Origin: Utricularia gibba
Taxonomy: Eukaryota > Plantae > Magnoliophyta
Length of the DNA stretch: 64,000 nt
Direction: 5' to 3'
NCBI GenBank assembly: GCA_002189035.1
Contig: CM007990.1
Span: 1,550,001-1,614,000, forward strand
Shown: piece after piece, positions 29,390-43,000 of the stretch
Numbering within the stretch: the stretch's first letter is position 1
How the letters are laid out: each line of letters starts with the position of its first letter
Translations under genes and position numbers: made by a program
The notes under the pieces: model-generated
What the model was told of the DNA's origin: nothing
Seen by the model: only the letters and a program-made list of their open reading frames with translations
Databases searched by the model: none

Positions 29390-32300
29390 CCTGTCGGCGT
29401 TTGGACCGAGTGAACGAGGAGACCAAACAAGCACCGTGAGTTCAGAGCTTCGTGTTCCTTGTTTTTGACTTTTATATTTATATGAATATCAATTCCCCTT
29501 TGAAAAAAGCGCATTTTTCAAAAAGCCTAAAATCGCATTTGGAGCTGGGCCTGGTTATATCATAAATCCGAGCCCTGGAAATGCTCTCTCATAGCAGTCG
29601 AAATTTATGATAGGATGGGCCCAACTGTTGGGCCTGGGTATATTAACTTGTTTCATCACAAACATAAACTCACAAATAATGAATGACTTTTTGATGTGTG
29701 AGTATTTCCTATTATTCTTATTTTTTTTTCAAATTATCACTTACTCACCTTCTTATTACTTTTCAAAAATCACCCACAGGCCAATTAAAATTCTGGAAAT
29801 CTCTTTGAAAAATACCGAAAAAAAAAACCTGCAACAATCATCAATAACCTTAGATAATCACATATCTTAACTTGCATTGTCTCAAATATTGTAGATTAGC
29901 AAATATGACTGATTTGTTGCCATGAAGAAAAGAGTGGGAAAGGAAGATTTTCAATTGGTTTTTTATAAACATGTTTTCAATATGCCTATTTATTCAATTA
30001 ACAAGTGAGTAAGCAATATATTTTTCCAAAACACACCAACATCCGCTATGCCCCATTTGCTTTTGAAATAAAGATAAGCATCCCAAAAAGAGAATGACAT
30101 TCCAAAATGATTTATCCCAAATATGGATGTTTTTTTTTCAATGGCAAGATTTCCCAATTAAGGATGTTATAAAATAAAAATGAAATATCCTTATTCACAC
30201 GTAAATATGAATTACTATTAATTTGAAATTGATTTTAATAAATTCGTATTTTAATCACACTCATGGGATTCATTCCATCTTCACTTTCACGAAATCTAAT
30301 GCTAAGGCATGTATCAAAAAATTATTTCAGAAGTGGTCTGTGTAAAATAAATACAAATTGATATGCGTTTTAAATTATTTTTTTGGATATGCTTAATATA
30401 AAATTTATGGATATTTGGAGTTTAAAAAATAAAATTAATTTCTATAAGTAAATGATATATTTCTCTATATTACATATATATAAATTAAAAAATATATTTT
30501 ATAAATAATTATATTATATGAATATTCTATAAATTTGCAAACTATATTTTATATTATTATTTTAAATTTTAAATAGATATTAAAATTATAGTTTAAAATT
30601 TAAAATATTTCAATAGCTTAAAATGACATTAAATACAATTATTTATAAAACATAGTTTCAATTTTCATAACTTATTTGTCACAAAGAAGGTAACATTTCA
30701 TGATTTTGATAAAAATGAAATGATTATTGGGAACACTTTTCCCCAATAGTTTTAATTCTCGTAAAATAGGATTTACTATACATTTAAAAGGTAAAAAAAT
30801 TATATAAGAAGATAAAATTGATTTATGAAGAATAGGATTGGGTCAAAGAATTCCACGCCACCACGATTTTGGCAGAGAGCGCGTGTGCTGTGCTGTCCTC
30901 CAACACGTATTCTGAAATTTGGTCAGTTATTAATTTCCCAATTGTTTATTACCTGAATCCGCAAGAAGTAGTCGTGGCGCTTCATCTTTCAACCAAACCC
31001 GCCAGGTTGTAACTTGTACATGGCATCGGGACCGCTAATTTAAAAAAATGGTCACATTTTCACTCTATCTCATACATTAATACAAAAATTTTTAGTTAAG
31101 TATGATCATTTTTTTCATATATTTTATCAAGGATGTTCAGATTTATAATAAAGCGTGTAGATCATTTACAAAACTGACCATATTGTACTTTATTTCACAC
31201 ATTAAATCAAAAACTTTGAGTTAGCAATGACGTCCCGCCGCCAGTGCACCACCACAACTGTCCCTCCCTCCACAAAATATTCATTTGGTGAAGCTGGGGA
31301 TCTATGTGAACCCTCTCTATTACAATACATAATCTCATATCAAAAAATAAAAATAAAAATAATCAATTATATAAAAAATTATGAATTATTAGTAATTGAT
31401 TGTGTTTAATTTTTTTTATTATAATTCATATTTATTATGTATTTAAGTTTTACGCATACTCAATTGATCTCTCTCTCGGATCTAGAATTTCAACACTCCC
31501 CTGTTATGAGTTCTGTTTTGCATTTCACCGGTTTTGCTCCTTGTAGTTTCCACTTATACCCACCCACGTCGTTGCATTTGCAGGCAAGGGGACGAGATCG
31601 AAGATGGTGCTGGCAAGTGCAAAAAGGGTTAAGACAGACAGGGGTAGGGGGCGGGCGGTGTCTGAGTATTGATTGTAGGAATAGGAGTCACGTGCCGCCG
31701 GAGGAGTAGCAGTGAATGCAAGTTCAGCGAACCGGGGGGGGGCGGGCCGATGTTTTGTTTTGTTTTGTTTTTCCCTGTCACCGTCGGCTTCTCGAGCATG
31801 CACGCTCGCTCGCTCGCTCCTTGGCGTTTCACTCTGACCTGCGTGGGCCCCACAAAGCAGTTGGTCTACGACTCCCAGACTGTTTACTCAGTCATACGTA
31901 GTAAATAGCCCATCGCGGGGGTTGAGGGAGAAGAGATCGAGATCCCCCTCCAACTCAAACTCCACACTCGACAGGGATGTTGTTTCTTGCTGGGACGGGA
32001 TAGGGCTATTTTGGTCATTCCCCCCCCTGAATATCTATCTACTTAATGCAACATTAGGGAAAAAGGGGGAAAAATTGAGTCGGTGTGCTTGAAGCTGGAC
32101 ATTTGGCGAAACTCTGGCCACGATCTGTAAATTATGACACTATCAAGTCTCTTTCTGAAGATGGTCACCCTCTTTATTGTTATTTGATGGAATAAATACC
32201 AAAATAATCAGAGAATTTCTGTTTTTCTTTTTTTTGTTGGCTCTAACCAAGCAATTTGATGCAACATTAAAAAATATGCATGCTGCTGCTTGTTAGTCAC

Positions 32301-33227
32301 ATCCACTAGATTTGATGGAGAATATGAAGGCAAATATCCCCACGCACCAAGTCATGAATTTAGAGGCTCTTGTTTGTTATGAATTTATTTAAGTGATTTT
32401 GTTTAATTTTTGAAGATTGTAAAATATAGTAAAATCCGAAATTCAAATTCTATGATTAATTTTATAAATTATTGAAATTAATCGAATTTTTGAAATGAAT
32501 CTAAACCAATATGATTGTGTAACAATTTATATTCTGAAAAAATGTATATATATTTTTAAAAGAATAAATACAAACAAACCTTAAAGTAGTGTTTTGAAAT
32601 ATTTCTTCAGACTATTTCTATTTTCTGAAAAATATAAAGTATAATTAGAAGTAGAAATACGAATCTTGTTATTTTTAATTTTTATTGCTCATATAACTTG
32701 ATTTTAAAAATATTTTTACTATAATTAAAAATAGGAATTGATTGTGTTCCGTGCACAAATTATTTTTATTATTTCAAAAATAGAAATAGTCAGTATAAAT
32801 ATTATTAACACTGCTTAAGAGTCGCACTATTTATTTTTTCTTTCATTTTTATTCAACCCTAAAAATAAATGTATCTTTTTTCTACCCCCAGTTATTACCT
32901 TTTTCCAGTTTTTTGCGGGGTGTAGGAGTTCAACAACCAACAACCTTCCCCTTAGATTTTCTTTAAATTTGCGCGTTCTCCGACAGTCTTATTTTAATGT
33001 GGCATTCAATTCATGTACTTGGAATATATATATACGCATTTTTCTTCTACGCACAACAGGCAACTGATAAAATCATATCTTTTTTCACCATTTCCCCCAT
33101 CGTCTTCCCCTCCAGCACTGAGCTGAGCTCCTCCCTCACTCCCTTACTGTACCTACCTTACTTTTTCTGGTGCGGTTGAGACCGTCAAAAGCCATTATCG
33201 TGCACTTATTTGCACTCCAAAGAGGGA

Positions 33228-35326
33228 ATGGGGTTGAAGGAGCGAGCACAGACAGTTGCAGGGGTTTCCGGAGTTTCCTCAATAGCGCCATCAGCTTCAT
33301 TGTCTTTAGCTTCTTTGATCTCCTCGATGTCCTTCTCTGCTACTTCTACAAGGCACTGGATTCTCTCATAGAAGCTGAGTTCAAGCCCTGCTACTGTTCT
33401 CCTGCGAAGGGAGCGGTCGCGTGGAGCAATGGCAAGATCTTGGTCTCCGACACGGCGGAGCCGAAGATCTTCCGGCTGACGTCGAGTAAGCTCCTGCTGG
33501 ACGAAATATCTGACACCCTTTTCAGGAGGCCCCCGATGATGGCGGAGATCGCCGTGAAGAGGTCCCCCGGCGCCACCCCCGGTCGGCTTACAGCGTCAAC
33601 TCGGAAATGCTCCAACAGCGGATCGTCGGGAAACAGAAGATTTCCACTCCCGCTGGTCGGACTGCGATTGCAGCACCTGCATTGCATCTTGCAAGGACTC
33701 CCTCTTCGTCAAGGTGGATGGAAACGGAGGCGGAGGTAAAAAAGGAGAAAAATAGCATTAAACCAGTAGCTTCTGTTAGTCATCGTCCTTTTCCCCCACC
33801 CCACGTCACGTGATGGTCTAGTGACTAGCACGTGACGAGTGTTAAGTGCTTTTTCCGATCAATCTGCTATTTTCTTCAGAGGAGGACGTGGTGTTCATCC
33901 ATGGATTCATCTCGTCGTCGGGCTTCTGGACGGAGACGCTGTACCCAAACTTCTCAGCAAAAGCAAAGTCGAAATACAGGTTCTTCGCTGTGGATCTGCT
34001 GGGATTTGGGCGCAGCCCGAAGCCAGAGGACTCGCTGTACACGCTCAGAGAGCACGTGGAGATGATAGAGGCCTCGGTCCTCGGCGCCCACAAGGTCAAG
34101 TCCTTTCACATTGTCGCCCATTCACTCGGCTGCATTCTCGCCCTCGCCCTGGCGCTCAAGCACCAAGGCCGAGTCAAATCGCTCACCTTGCTCGCCCCGG
34201 TTAGTTCTCCATCCTCCTCTGTTTTGCAGTCTGGATCATAATCATTCTAATAGTTTCGGCGTGGGGTAATTATTTTGGGTCTGTTGGGTTCGCATTTAAA
34301 GCGAAATGGCATTTATGGTGCATGACCACGGGGCCAGCGAAGGATAATGACGCGGTGGCCGTTTATCTTGTTCAATGCATTGTCGGAATTACTACTCGTC
34401 GGGGAAGACACTCAAGGGCTCCAAATTCCCAATAACAACTGATTTTCCTTTTTTGACAACGGAAAAGGAACATACACCTCGACCCTTCTCTTAATACGTA
34501 GTATCGTGTGGAACCCTACACCATTCTATGGATTCTCTGTGCCCATTTCTGAGTTTGTCTAAATAGCAGATTTTCTAGGTTTCGTGTAGAGTACAGTGTT
34601 GTTCTGTATTTTCTGAGTTTGGCTAGGGAGGCGATATGCGTCAAGAGCTGTTGTGCAGTTTCCTTGAATACATGTTTTTCTTTATCATCGTGATTGACGA
34701 TGCCTGTAATTGATATATGGCAGCCGTATTTCCCAGTTCCCAGAGGGGAGAACGCCACGCAGTACATGATGCGAAGAGTGGCTCCGCGGCGGGTCTGGCC
34801 GGCGTACGCCTTCGCCGCCTCGTTGGGCTGCTGGTACGAGCACGTAAGCCGGACAGTCTGCCTTCTCCTTAGCAGACACCACCGCCTCTGGGAGTTTCTA
34901 GCCAAACTCCTCACCCGAAACAGGTACATTGCACTCCCCGGTAATCCGGTGAAACATTGAGTTCAATATCCAATCAAACATGAATGCATTGGATGTTGCA
35001 GGATGAGGACATACTTGATCGAGGGCTTCTTCATGCACACCCACACCGCGGCCTGGCACACCCTCCACAACATCATGTGCGGCAGCGCCGCCCGGATGGA
35101 GGGATATCTGGATGATGTGAGCGCCCGGATGAGTTGCCCGATCACGCTGTACCACGGGAAGAACGATACCCTCATCCCCCTCGAGTGCAGCCACAGCTTC
35201 CGGTCGCGAGTGAAAAGAGCTCGTCTGAGAGTGGTGGAGGACAAGGATCACATCAGCATTGTGGTAGGAAGACAGAAGGACTTCGCAAGGGAGCTTGAGG
35301 AAATCTGGGAAATTGCTTCCGGGTGA
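33228..35326 (+). CDS. BDG: BODYGUARD-like alpha/beta hydrolase, 4 exons, with three apparent -1 frameshifts in exon 1 as given
   Basis: Exons 33228-33735, 33880-34199, 34724-34923 and 35002-35326. Motifs KPCYC, LDEISDTL, RWSDCDC, VFIHGFISSS-FWTET, VDLLGFGRSPKP, AHSLG and WHTLHNIMCG. Exon 1 homology switches frame near 33270, 33585 and 33650. Confidence 0.85.
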
Positions 35327-35695
35327 TTAGTTACAGACGATACTCGAAAATCAGATATACGACTTTTAAAGGGGATTCAGGGGAGATCCCCGGCTGCCTC
35401 CTTCACTTCAAGTCACACAGCTGTAAAATAATCCAGACTCTATCGGATGCATACCTTTAAACAATCATGAATGTTCAAATTGTGTTAATAATAGGGTGTC
35501 TGGGATCAAGTGTAAGATAATCGAAAATGGAGGATTAAGTTACCTTCTTGTTGATAATTAAGCAAACAATGTTTGGCTGATTCAGCTTGGTCTTTTTAGA
35601 ACTTGGAAACGTGTAGGGATCAACTGGAAATGTTTCCAGTTTTTAGATTTTGATGAATTTAAGTTCTCTGTGCGTGCGGGGACTTGTGTTTACAG

Positions 35696-36882
35696 GATGA
35701 AACAGGGGGTTTAAAAAAACATTTTGCAAGAGATTGCTAGGACATGTTTGATAGTAGATCTGAATTAATAGTGGTTAGAATTACTAAGGTTTAAAATTAA
35801 GTTTAAAATTATCCCAGGTTTAGATAAAAACAAGTTTGGTAACAGTGTTTATTTTAACCCTTGTTTATAATATGGCTTGTTCAATAGATAACATCCAGTT
35901 TATTTTAAACATACTAAGTAGATGGGTTTAGTTTAAACCCAAGAAGCTTAGAAAATTAGTGTTTATTTTAAACTTGGGTTTAAATTGAACTTTTATACCA
36001 TACATGTAGAATAATAAACCAAACCTGATAAACCCTGCCTAAACACTCCTACCAAATGTGCCTCTAGAGTTGTTTCTCCTTTGCCATATTACACAACTTT
36101 TAGGTCTGGTTCAAGTTATCTGCATGTGTTCACGGGTACAGTTGCGCTGGCTGGAATTGCATTTCGAGGTGAACCAGCAAAGAACAAGAAGCAAGCCGAG
36201 AAAAATGCTGCTCTTAACTTCATTTCGTGATCCAATTCAGCTGATGGTTTTTGTTTTGATCAGTAGCCCAACAAGATGCAGCTTCTGCAAACGACCATGT
36301 AAACATGGATGAACAAGAGCAGATCAGGTTTTCCAGGGCGTTGCAGAACTTCTACTGCCTAAAAGGAAAGCTTGAGACGACCGTCTCGAGCGCTTTGTCA
36401 ATTTGCCATCATCTTCCTCTGTTCAGCCAAAGTTTCAGCTATCAGGACCTCGTCCGTCGAGCCCACAGCGCCCCGTTGTCTCCGCATCCGAAATGGTTCC
36501 CTTGTTTTGCAAGCAGCGGGTTCCGTCCCAAAGCGGATCATCACCTTCCAGTTACAGATCCTCATCAGAGACTTGTGCAGCCAGCAGCTTCAGCTCGGGA
36601 GTTGGGGCAGCTCCCTATGCTCCAGTGAAGTACTCTATGAAGCCTTCTTACCAGGAAATCGCCCCATCGGTGACGGTAAGAACGTCAGTACCGGTTTACT
36701 CAGCACCCCCAAACCCATCTCAAGTAATCCAGTGCCATCCATCAAGCAAACCTATCAGCATCAGACCTGTGGTGCCAGTGTTAACAGCTCCCTCATACCA
36801 AAGAGACGATCAACCCGCACCGTCGTCTCTGGATTCGAATGTGAATACTGTCCTTGACTGCCTTGAACAACTAGAGATCTGA
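35696..36882 (+). pseudogene. DRB2: DRB2-like double-stranded RNA-binding protein pseudogene, exon 1 missing
   Basis: After TTTACAG the sequence is a damaged DETGVYKNILQEIA. Beyond the MITE it reads RVVSPLPYYTTFRSG..VFTGTVALAGIAFRGEPAKNKKQAEKNAA (dsRBM2), then DEQEQIRFSRAL, APSVTVRTSVPVYSAPP and LEQLEI*. It carries a stop, frameshifts and a MITE insertion. Confidence 0.88.
35741..36064. mobile_element. Tourist-like MITE inserted in DRB2 exon 2
   Basis: Termini GACATGTTTGATAG and CTACCAAATGTGCCTC are imperfectly inverted and TAG flanks both sides. Removing it rejoins EIA to RVVSPLP. Confidence 0.8.
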
Positions 36883-37167
36883 TCCTCAATCACCAAACTC
36901 GCGTACAGTGTGTTCCGCACTGTCATCTTTTTCCGGTTGCTATGTGCCAGCCGAGGCACCCGGCTAGCGCAGTGCCCAGCTGCAAGATATGCTTTGAGGT
37001 CTCCCCTTAACTGTTTGGTTCTGTATGTGTCAACCGCCAAGTTTCTCTCTAGCTGAACAAATGAAACCATGAGTTCCACCATCTATTTACAGTGCCTAAC
37101 TAAGAAAGAACGAATTTTGTGTGTGTTTTTGCTGGTGCCACCTAACAACCACCATAATACATAAGCT

Positions 37168-39570
37168 TCAGCGTGCAGCAGCTGCATCGCTGGAGAGTCG
37201 CACAGAATTGGGTTTCAAGTCGAGGTGAGATGGCGAAGAGGACGTCCGGCTGTGCGATCGGCCTCTGGCGGACTCCTGGGCTTGAGAAGATAAAAACTCG
37301 AGGGCCATAACGATGTCACTGATGAGGGGACGAAAGCTTGCCTGCTCCTGCAGACACATTGCTGCTATTGCGATGGCGTGGTGCAGACTTCGAGTGGGGA
37401 AACGCCCTTCTAGAAGAGGGTCAACTACCTGCACAAACTTCCGACGGTCCTTCAGGAAGGGGCGAGCCTGCGTGGACAATGCCTTTCAGCAAATTCCGAC
37501 GAGAGACAGTAACAAAGATGTAATCATCAGAAGCAATGCACGTACCCAGGCAACGAGATTCTGTCCTCCGGCAACTTTTTCCGTGTCGATGGCCTTACGC
37601 CCGGTGATGAGCTCCAGCAGAACGACACCGAAGCTATATATATCAGATTTCAGAGTCAGCTTCCCACTCATGGCATATTCCGGTGCGCAGTACCCATAGG
37701 TGCCCATCACTCTGGTAGAGACATGAGTATTATCTCCAACGGGTCCAAGTTTTGCGAGCCCGAAATCAGACAGCTTCACATTGAAATCATTGTCCAGCAA
37801 TATGTTAGAGGACTTCAGATCACGATAAATAACAGGTGGATTGGCCTTGCAATGAAGATATTCAAGTCCACGGGCTGTGCCGACAGCAATCTTGAGTCTA
37901 GTGCTCCAACTCAGCGGCTTTTGACTCGGCTGCATATCTAGAAAAAGAAAAGGATAAACTGAAATTCGCAGTTCCCCTACACAGGTTAACAGCATCACAA
38001 GGCATTCAGTTTTCATCAACATAAAGAACCATTTGTGGCGCTAGGCTAAAGATTAAGAGACAAACTTCTTCAGAAAGAACATGTGATTTCTACAGCAGAC
38101 ACAAGAGAAGCTGGCTAAGGTAGCAGGAAGTTCTTTATATGGAACGAACATAAAGTTGAGAGTTTAAGGCATTCGAGGTCATCGAACGATAATGGGCTTA
38201 GGTGAAAGCATAGTTCTTAACAAAATGCAAATACTGCTACAGATGATAAAAGAGAACAGCGAAGCAGCCAGTTCTTCATATGCAAACTAAACATGGAGTC
38301 AAAAATCTTCAACAACTATAAAGAAACATAGTGAATTACCAAAAAGATGATTCTCCAAGCTACCCATCTGCATGAACTCATAAACAAGGAGTCTTTGATC
38401 ACCATCTGCGCAGTAACCGATCAAGTTCACAAGGTTGGGATGGTGAAGCAAACTTAGCATGAGGACCTCCACAATGAATTCTTGGTTGCCTTGAAGACCT
38501 TCATGGTTAAGCTGCTTCACAGCAACAACCTGATCAACAGCCAACCAGTGAAGCTACATGAAGCATCTACCTTGTTGATACATAACAGGGTGCCATCAAG
38601 GCTTATGCACCTCAACTTTCTGGCATTGAGTTTGCTGTTAATGACTTTTTTTTAATAGAAAATATACTCACTCTCCATTCCCTTTTCACAGAGCCTCGTG
38701 AATGTTTTTTTTTTTGATGATCAACTACGCAATAAATTCTCATGTTACGCAAAAAGTATGTTCTTAGATGAACTTTACCCCTGAAGCAGAATTCATAACA
38801 TGAAATATTACACAAAGAAAAGGAATGAAACTGAAAACCAACGTGGGCCCTACCGACAATGTACAGAAAGATTCGTTTCTTTGCCCAGGATTCCCCTGAA
38901 ACTACAACCTCTGTTCCGGCTGCTTGACTCGAACACAACACAGGTCGGGCACCGAAAGTTGGCAGATGGTTGGAAAAATATTGATTATTTAATTAAATAA
39001 TTATTTATCCAAATGGCTTATTCAACTCAACTTTCCCGTTAACATCATTAGGATTTAAGTATACGATGGTATGGAATGAAAGCTTACCAAGCCAGAATCA
39101 ATGCGTCCTTTATAAACACTGCCAAAGCCTCCTTCACCAATAAGATTGGACTCCCTGAAGTTCTGAGTGGCATGCGCCAATTCCTTGAACGTGAAGCTGC
39201 GAGCAGATTTTGTATTTTCCTTGGCTTTTGCAATCGCAGTACCTCCTTTTTTCATCGTTTCTGAAGGAAACAAAAGCCCAGTAACTCCATCCGCCATATA
39301 ACAATCGAAATCCTGCAAACACTTAGCTGTAACATTCAACATCTTACCATTACCATTGGCATGCCCATTTTGCTTCCCACATCCTGCACATCAATCAAGC
39401 CAATAATTGACGCAAAAACAAACAGTTCAGGACTATTCTTTTAGAATCCGAGATAAAGATTAAGATAAACCAGAAAAGGAATTGAAACCTGAACTAGGAA
39501 GTGTTTTTGAGTCTGTTTCTTCATTGCAATCCTTAGTCTGAGGTCTAATGCAACAAGAAAAGCAACCCAT
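37168..39570 (-). CDS. Receptor-like cytoplasmic kinase VII, PBL21/PBL22-like, about 6 exons
   Basis: MGCFSCC start (likely acylation), [83 protein letters not shown] and [14 protein letters not shown]; reading frames are consistent. Confidence 0.95.
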
Positions 39571-39994
39571 TTCCACAAAATGAGCCAATACTCTTTCTTC
39601 CCAGAACCCCAACACAAAGTGAGGGAAAAACAATTGATAAATAACACTAAGGAACCGTTCCTTCTTCCACCTTCATCTGAAATCAAATCCCTAGCACATA
39701 CTTATAAACACCCAGCACACCCATTTTACAGCTCACTAATTCAGAATTCCCCGCACAAGATCCGAATCACATTGACCCACAATAGCGAATTCTTAAAAGG
39801 CATTACTGCAATTCTTATCCTTGGGAGGAATAAGGAAGAAAGGAATGAAATTTAAGCTACCCACGGCGAGATTCCTGCACCGCAAACAACACAATCCAAT
39901 TGCCTTTCGCTTTCATCTATCCTTTTCCTTAGTAACGCCTCAATATCCCCAATCACACAAAGCCCACCACTCCATCATTCAAATCCACACCAAT

Positions 39995-40020
39995 TTCTTC
40001 TTCTTCTTCTTCTTCTTCTT
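39995..40020 (+). repeat. (TTC)n microsatellite in the kinase 5' leader region
   Basis: About 8 TTC units. Confidence 0.8.
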
Positions 40021-43000
40021 GTCCACCCTACCAGCGAGGATGAATTTGTTTCCCCATACACTTTCTGTCGTCGGAGTTTAACTGATAGTGGGAAGTATCG
40101 TGGGCCTTTCCGGTAATGCAGAGCACTAAAAGCAGACGAGTACACAGTGGTCCCTCTCATTCACAGCTAGCTCATATAAAAGTACCCAATTACCCACCCC
40201 CCGTTAAAGCAGACCTGTCTCGCTTCGACATGTAAATTAATTATTTCAAATAAATATTAAAAAATTATGATAAACAATAAAAAAAACATTGCTGTACTTC
40301 AAAATTTCATAATGTATTATTTGATACATTTTTATAATTATCAGCTTCTAATATATAAAAACACTAAATTATTGAAACTTTACATTAATATCTTATATGA
40401 GAAATTTCAATATTAAGGTGGACTCAATGTTTGAACTATAGAGAATTTAAGTGTCACCAACTCTCAATCTACAAAGACACATCCATTAAGACTTATTGGA
40501 TGAGCAAAGAGAATCAACCCCATAAGGTTGATGCCTGCTTAATTAGATGTTCAATAAGATACCATTCAAAAATTTCCAATCTATATTCCAATATACAAAT
40601 GTTGTCATTCAAATATTACACACCACTTCATTAGTATGTAGCTAGGATGTATAAGCTTGAGTACGTGGATTCATTGATTCATAAATTCGAATGTGTTGAT
40701 TCGTGATTTCATAAATTATATTGAATTATTTTTTAAAATAGTAAAATAAAATAATTTTTAATTAAAAATTGAACACTCACAAATAAAACGAAAATTAAAA
40801 CGATGAACAATGATTATTGAATTTTGAATGGTAAACAAGAATGACAATCGATGAATGATGATAGAGAAATCGAAATGAAAATAGATAAAAATATGAGAAA
40901 ATAAAATGAATGGATTAAGATTTTGATTAATTAATTAAATGAGTATATATTTATTATTAAAATAAATGATTAAAAATATTAAAATTAAAAAAAGAACACA
41001 ACATATGGTAAATCCCCATTACACACTAGATGCACGGGAAAGAATCTATGATTCCCAAGTATGTAGAACTTGAATATACCTGATTAAAAAAATAAAACAA
41101 CAAATACAACAAAAAAATATAATAAAATTAAAAATACCAGAAAGTGCAATTCTTCAATTGCAAATAATATATAATCTTTCTTTTAATTTGTGATTGCTAA
41201 TATATCTTTTGTGATGGTAATTCAACAATTCAAATTTTCCAACAACGTTCATATAAAATTCCTAAGAATTGAAATGAATGTATATCATATACGAAACATT
41301 CTGAAAAAGATTTCTCTCCTGAGTGAGGGCATTTCGAGATTCGATCACTTTGACTAGGATCCAACTTCTCCATTTGTGAACAATTTTGGATGGAGATATG
41401 GCTTACAATATTATTTTTTTAGACTTTAAAGTTCAATACTAAGTAATTATGTCGTTGATTTCAGGTTGCTCTTGCACCTGCAAATTTGTGGTCTTTGAAC
41501 ATTGTTAATTCAAAATGTTTTTTTAGTATACTCAAATTTGTATTAAGTATTTTCATAAATAATTTCGGTTTTAATTAGTTTCGAATGATATTAGGTACAT
41601 GTACATCCCCATTTACTAGGAGTTTTTTCTCGATATGTCAAGTTTCTCATTATTGTCATAAACGAATCATTTTTTTCTTTTATTTTTTTCAAAAAAATAA
41701 ATTTAAAATCCAAAATAGATCAAAATCAATCTAAGTAGATAAAATTTTTGACAATATAAATATTAAAATGTGGTACACTAAAATTTTCAAATGAATATAT
41801 TTGGATTTATATTAGTGATGAATGCATAGAAATTATTCTTAATTTTTTTAAAAAATATGAATAAATAAATTTGGAGTGATAGTTGGTGTTTTATATTAGT
41901 GATGGATTTATATTGGATTGAGCGTGATAATTGGAGAGATATATGGTGCTTTATTATATCAAATGTTGATACATTAATTGTGGATTGTACTTATATTAAA
42001 AATAATATTTGATTTCAGAAGTTTTCATACATCAAGAGAGAGCTACACCTACTATTGAGCATAAAAAGTATTGTTGTATCAATATTTATATAAAAATAAT
42101 AAAACTATTATCGAAGAGAAGTCGTGATCTTTATGTGTTTTTTGGATTGAGTGTTTTTATTTTAAATTCGTATTGACGTTTGATCTTTACGTAGTGTTTA
42201 AATCGAGTTCAAAAACCACACCTCACATGAAATTTAAAATTTGGATTCCATATGTATATATGGACATGGTTTACGCACTCACATCCATGAGAATATTGTG
42301 GTATGAAAGTAGTTCAATCTTTACATGTTATTTGGATCAAGTGCTTTTTTATTTTAAATTTGTAATTGATAAATGATAATAAATGCTTTAAAATAAAAAC
42401 TAATAGTATAAATTAACAAAAATATTATTGATTTCTTTGTTCGGTCTTATTGTCATCACCATCATCATCATTTTGAGAATCCACATAATATGTTTATGAG
42501 CTTCGATTAGCCATATTTTAATATTTGATACAAAGGCATGCTTCTAAAGTATTATTTCCCAATCTCAATCTCTTCATTGTGAGTGTTTGACAACCTACAC
42601 TAAGAGCACTTTTTGATGTTACAATGGATATCAGAAGAGTCAAGATATCTTTGATTAATCTAGCCAAAATAGAGTGATTTGTAGTGTTGGATTTTCATCA
42701 ACTCAAAAGATCAAAATGATCATTCATTGAAATTATGGTAGATGCCTTAATGTAAAAAGCAAAGTCATTATATGTAGAAAAAGATAAAATATGATCTATA
42801 TGTTCTTGTTCATTCATCATTGAAAAAGTAAACGTCGAAAAAGGTATAAAATTCAAATTAGATGTAGAAGTAGAAGTAGGAATATTTGAATTAGTAGTAG
42901 CATATTTTTGCTCATATAATGGATATGTAAGAAAAATAACTCTAGATTCACTGGTTTAAGTACCTATATGTTTAGAAATAAATTTTAGAATAGCATCAAT

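Noticed and set aside
31572-31622. miR530-like hairpin (TGCATTTGC...GCAAGTGCA)
   Set aside because: Only about 10 nt match the miRNA and the stem is 9 bp, too short for a precursor.
32866-32873. L1 box TAAATGTA upstream of BDG
   Set aside because: It fits epidermal expression, but an AT-rich 8-mer is expected by chance here; unsupported without conservation.
36372-37699. Long alternative-frame and antisense ORFs over DRB2, kinase, START, CAND, BDG and GST exons
   Set aside because: These are shadows of GC-rich coding sequence with no independent motifs.
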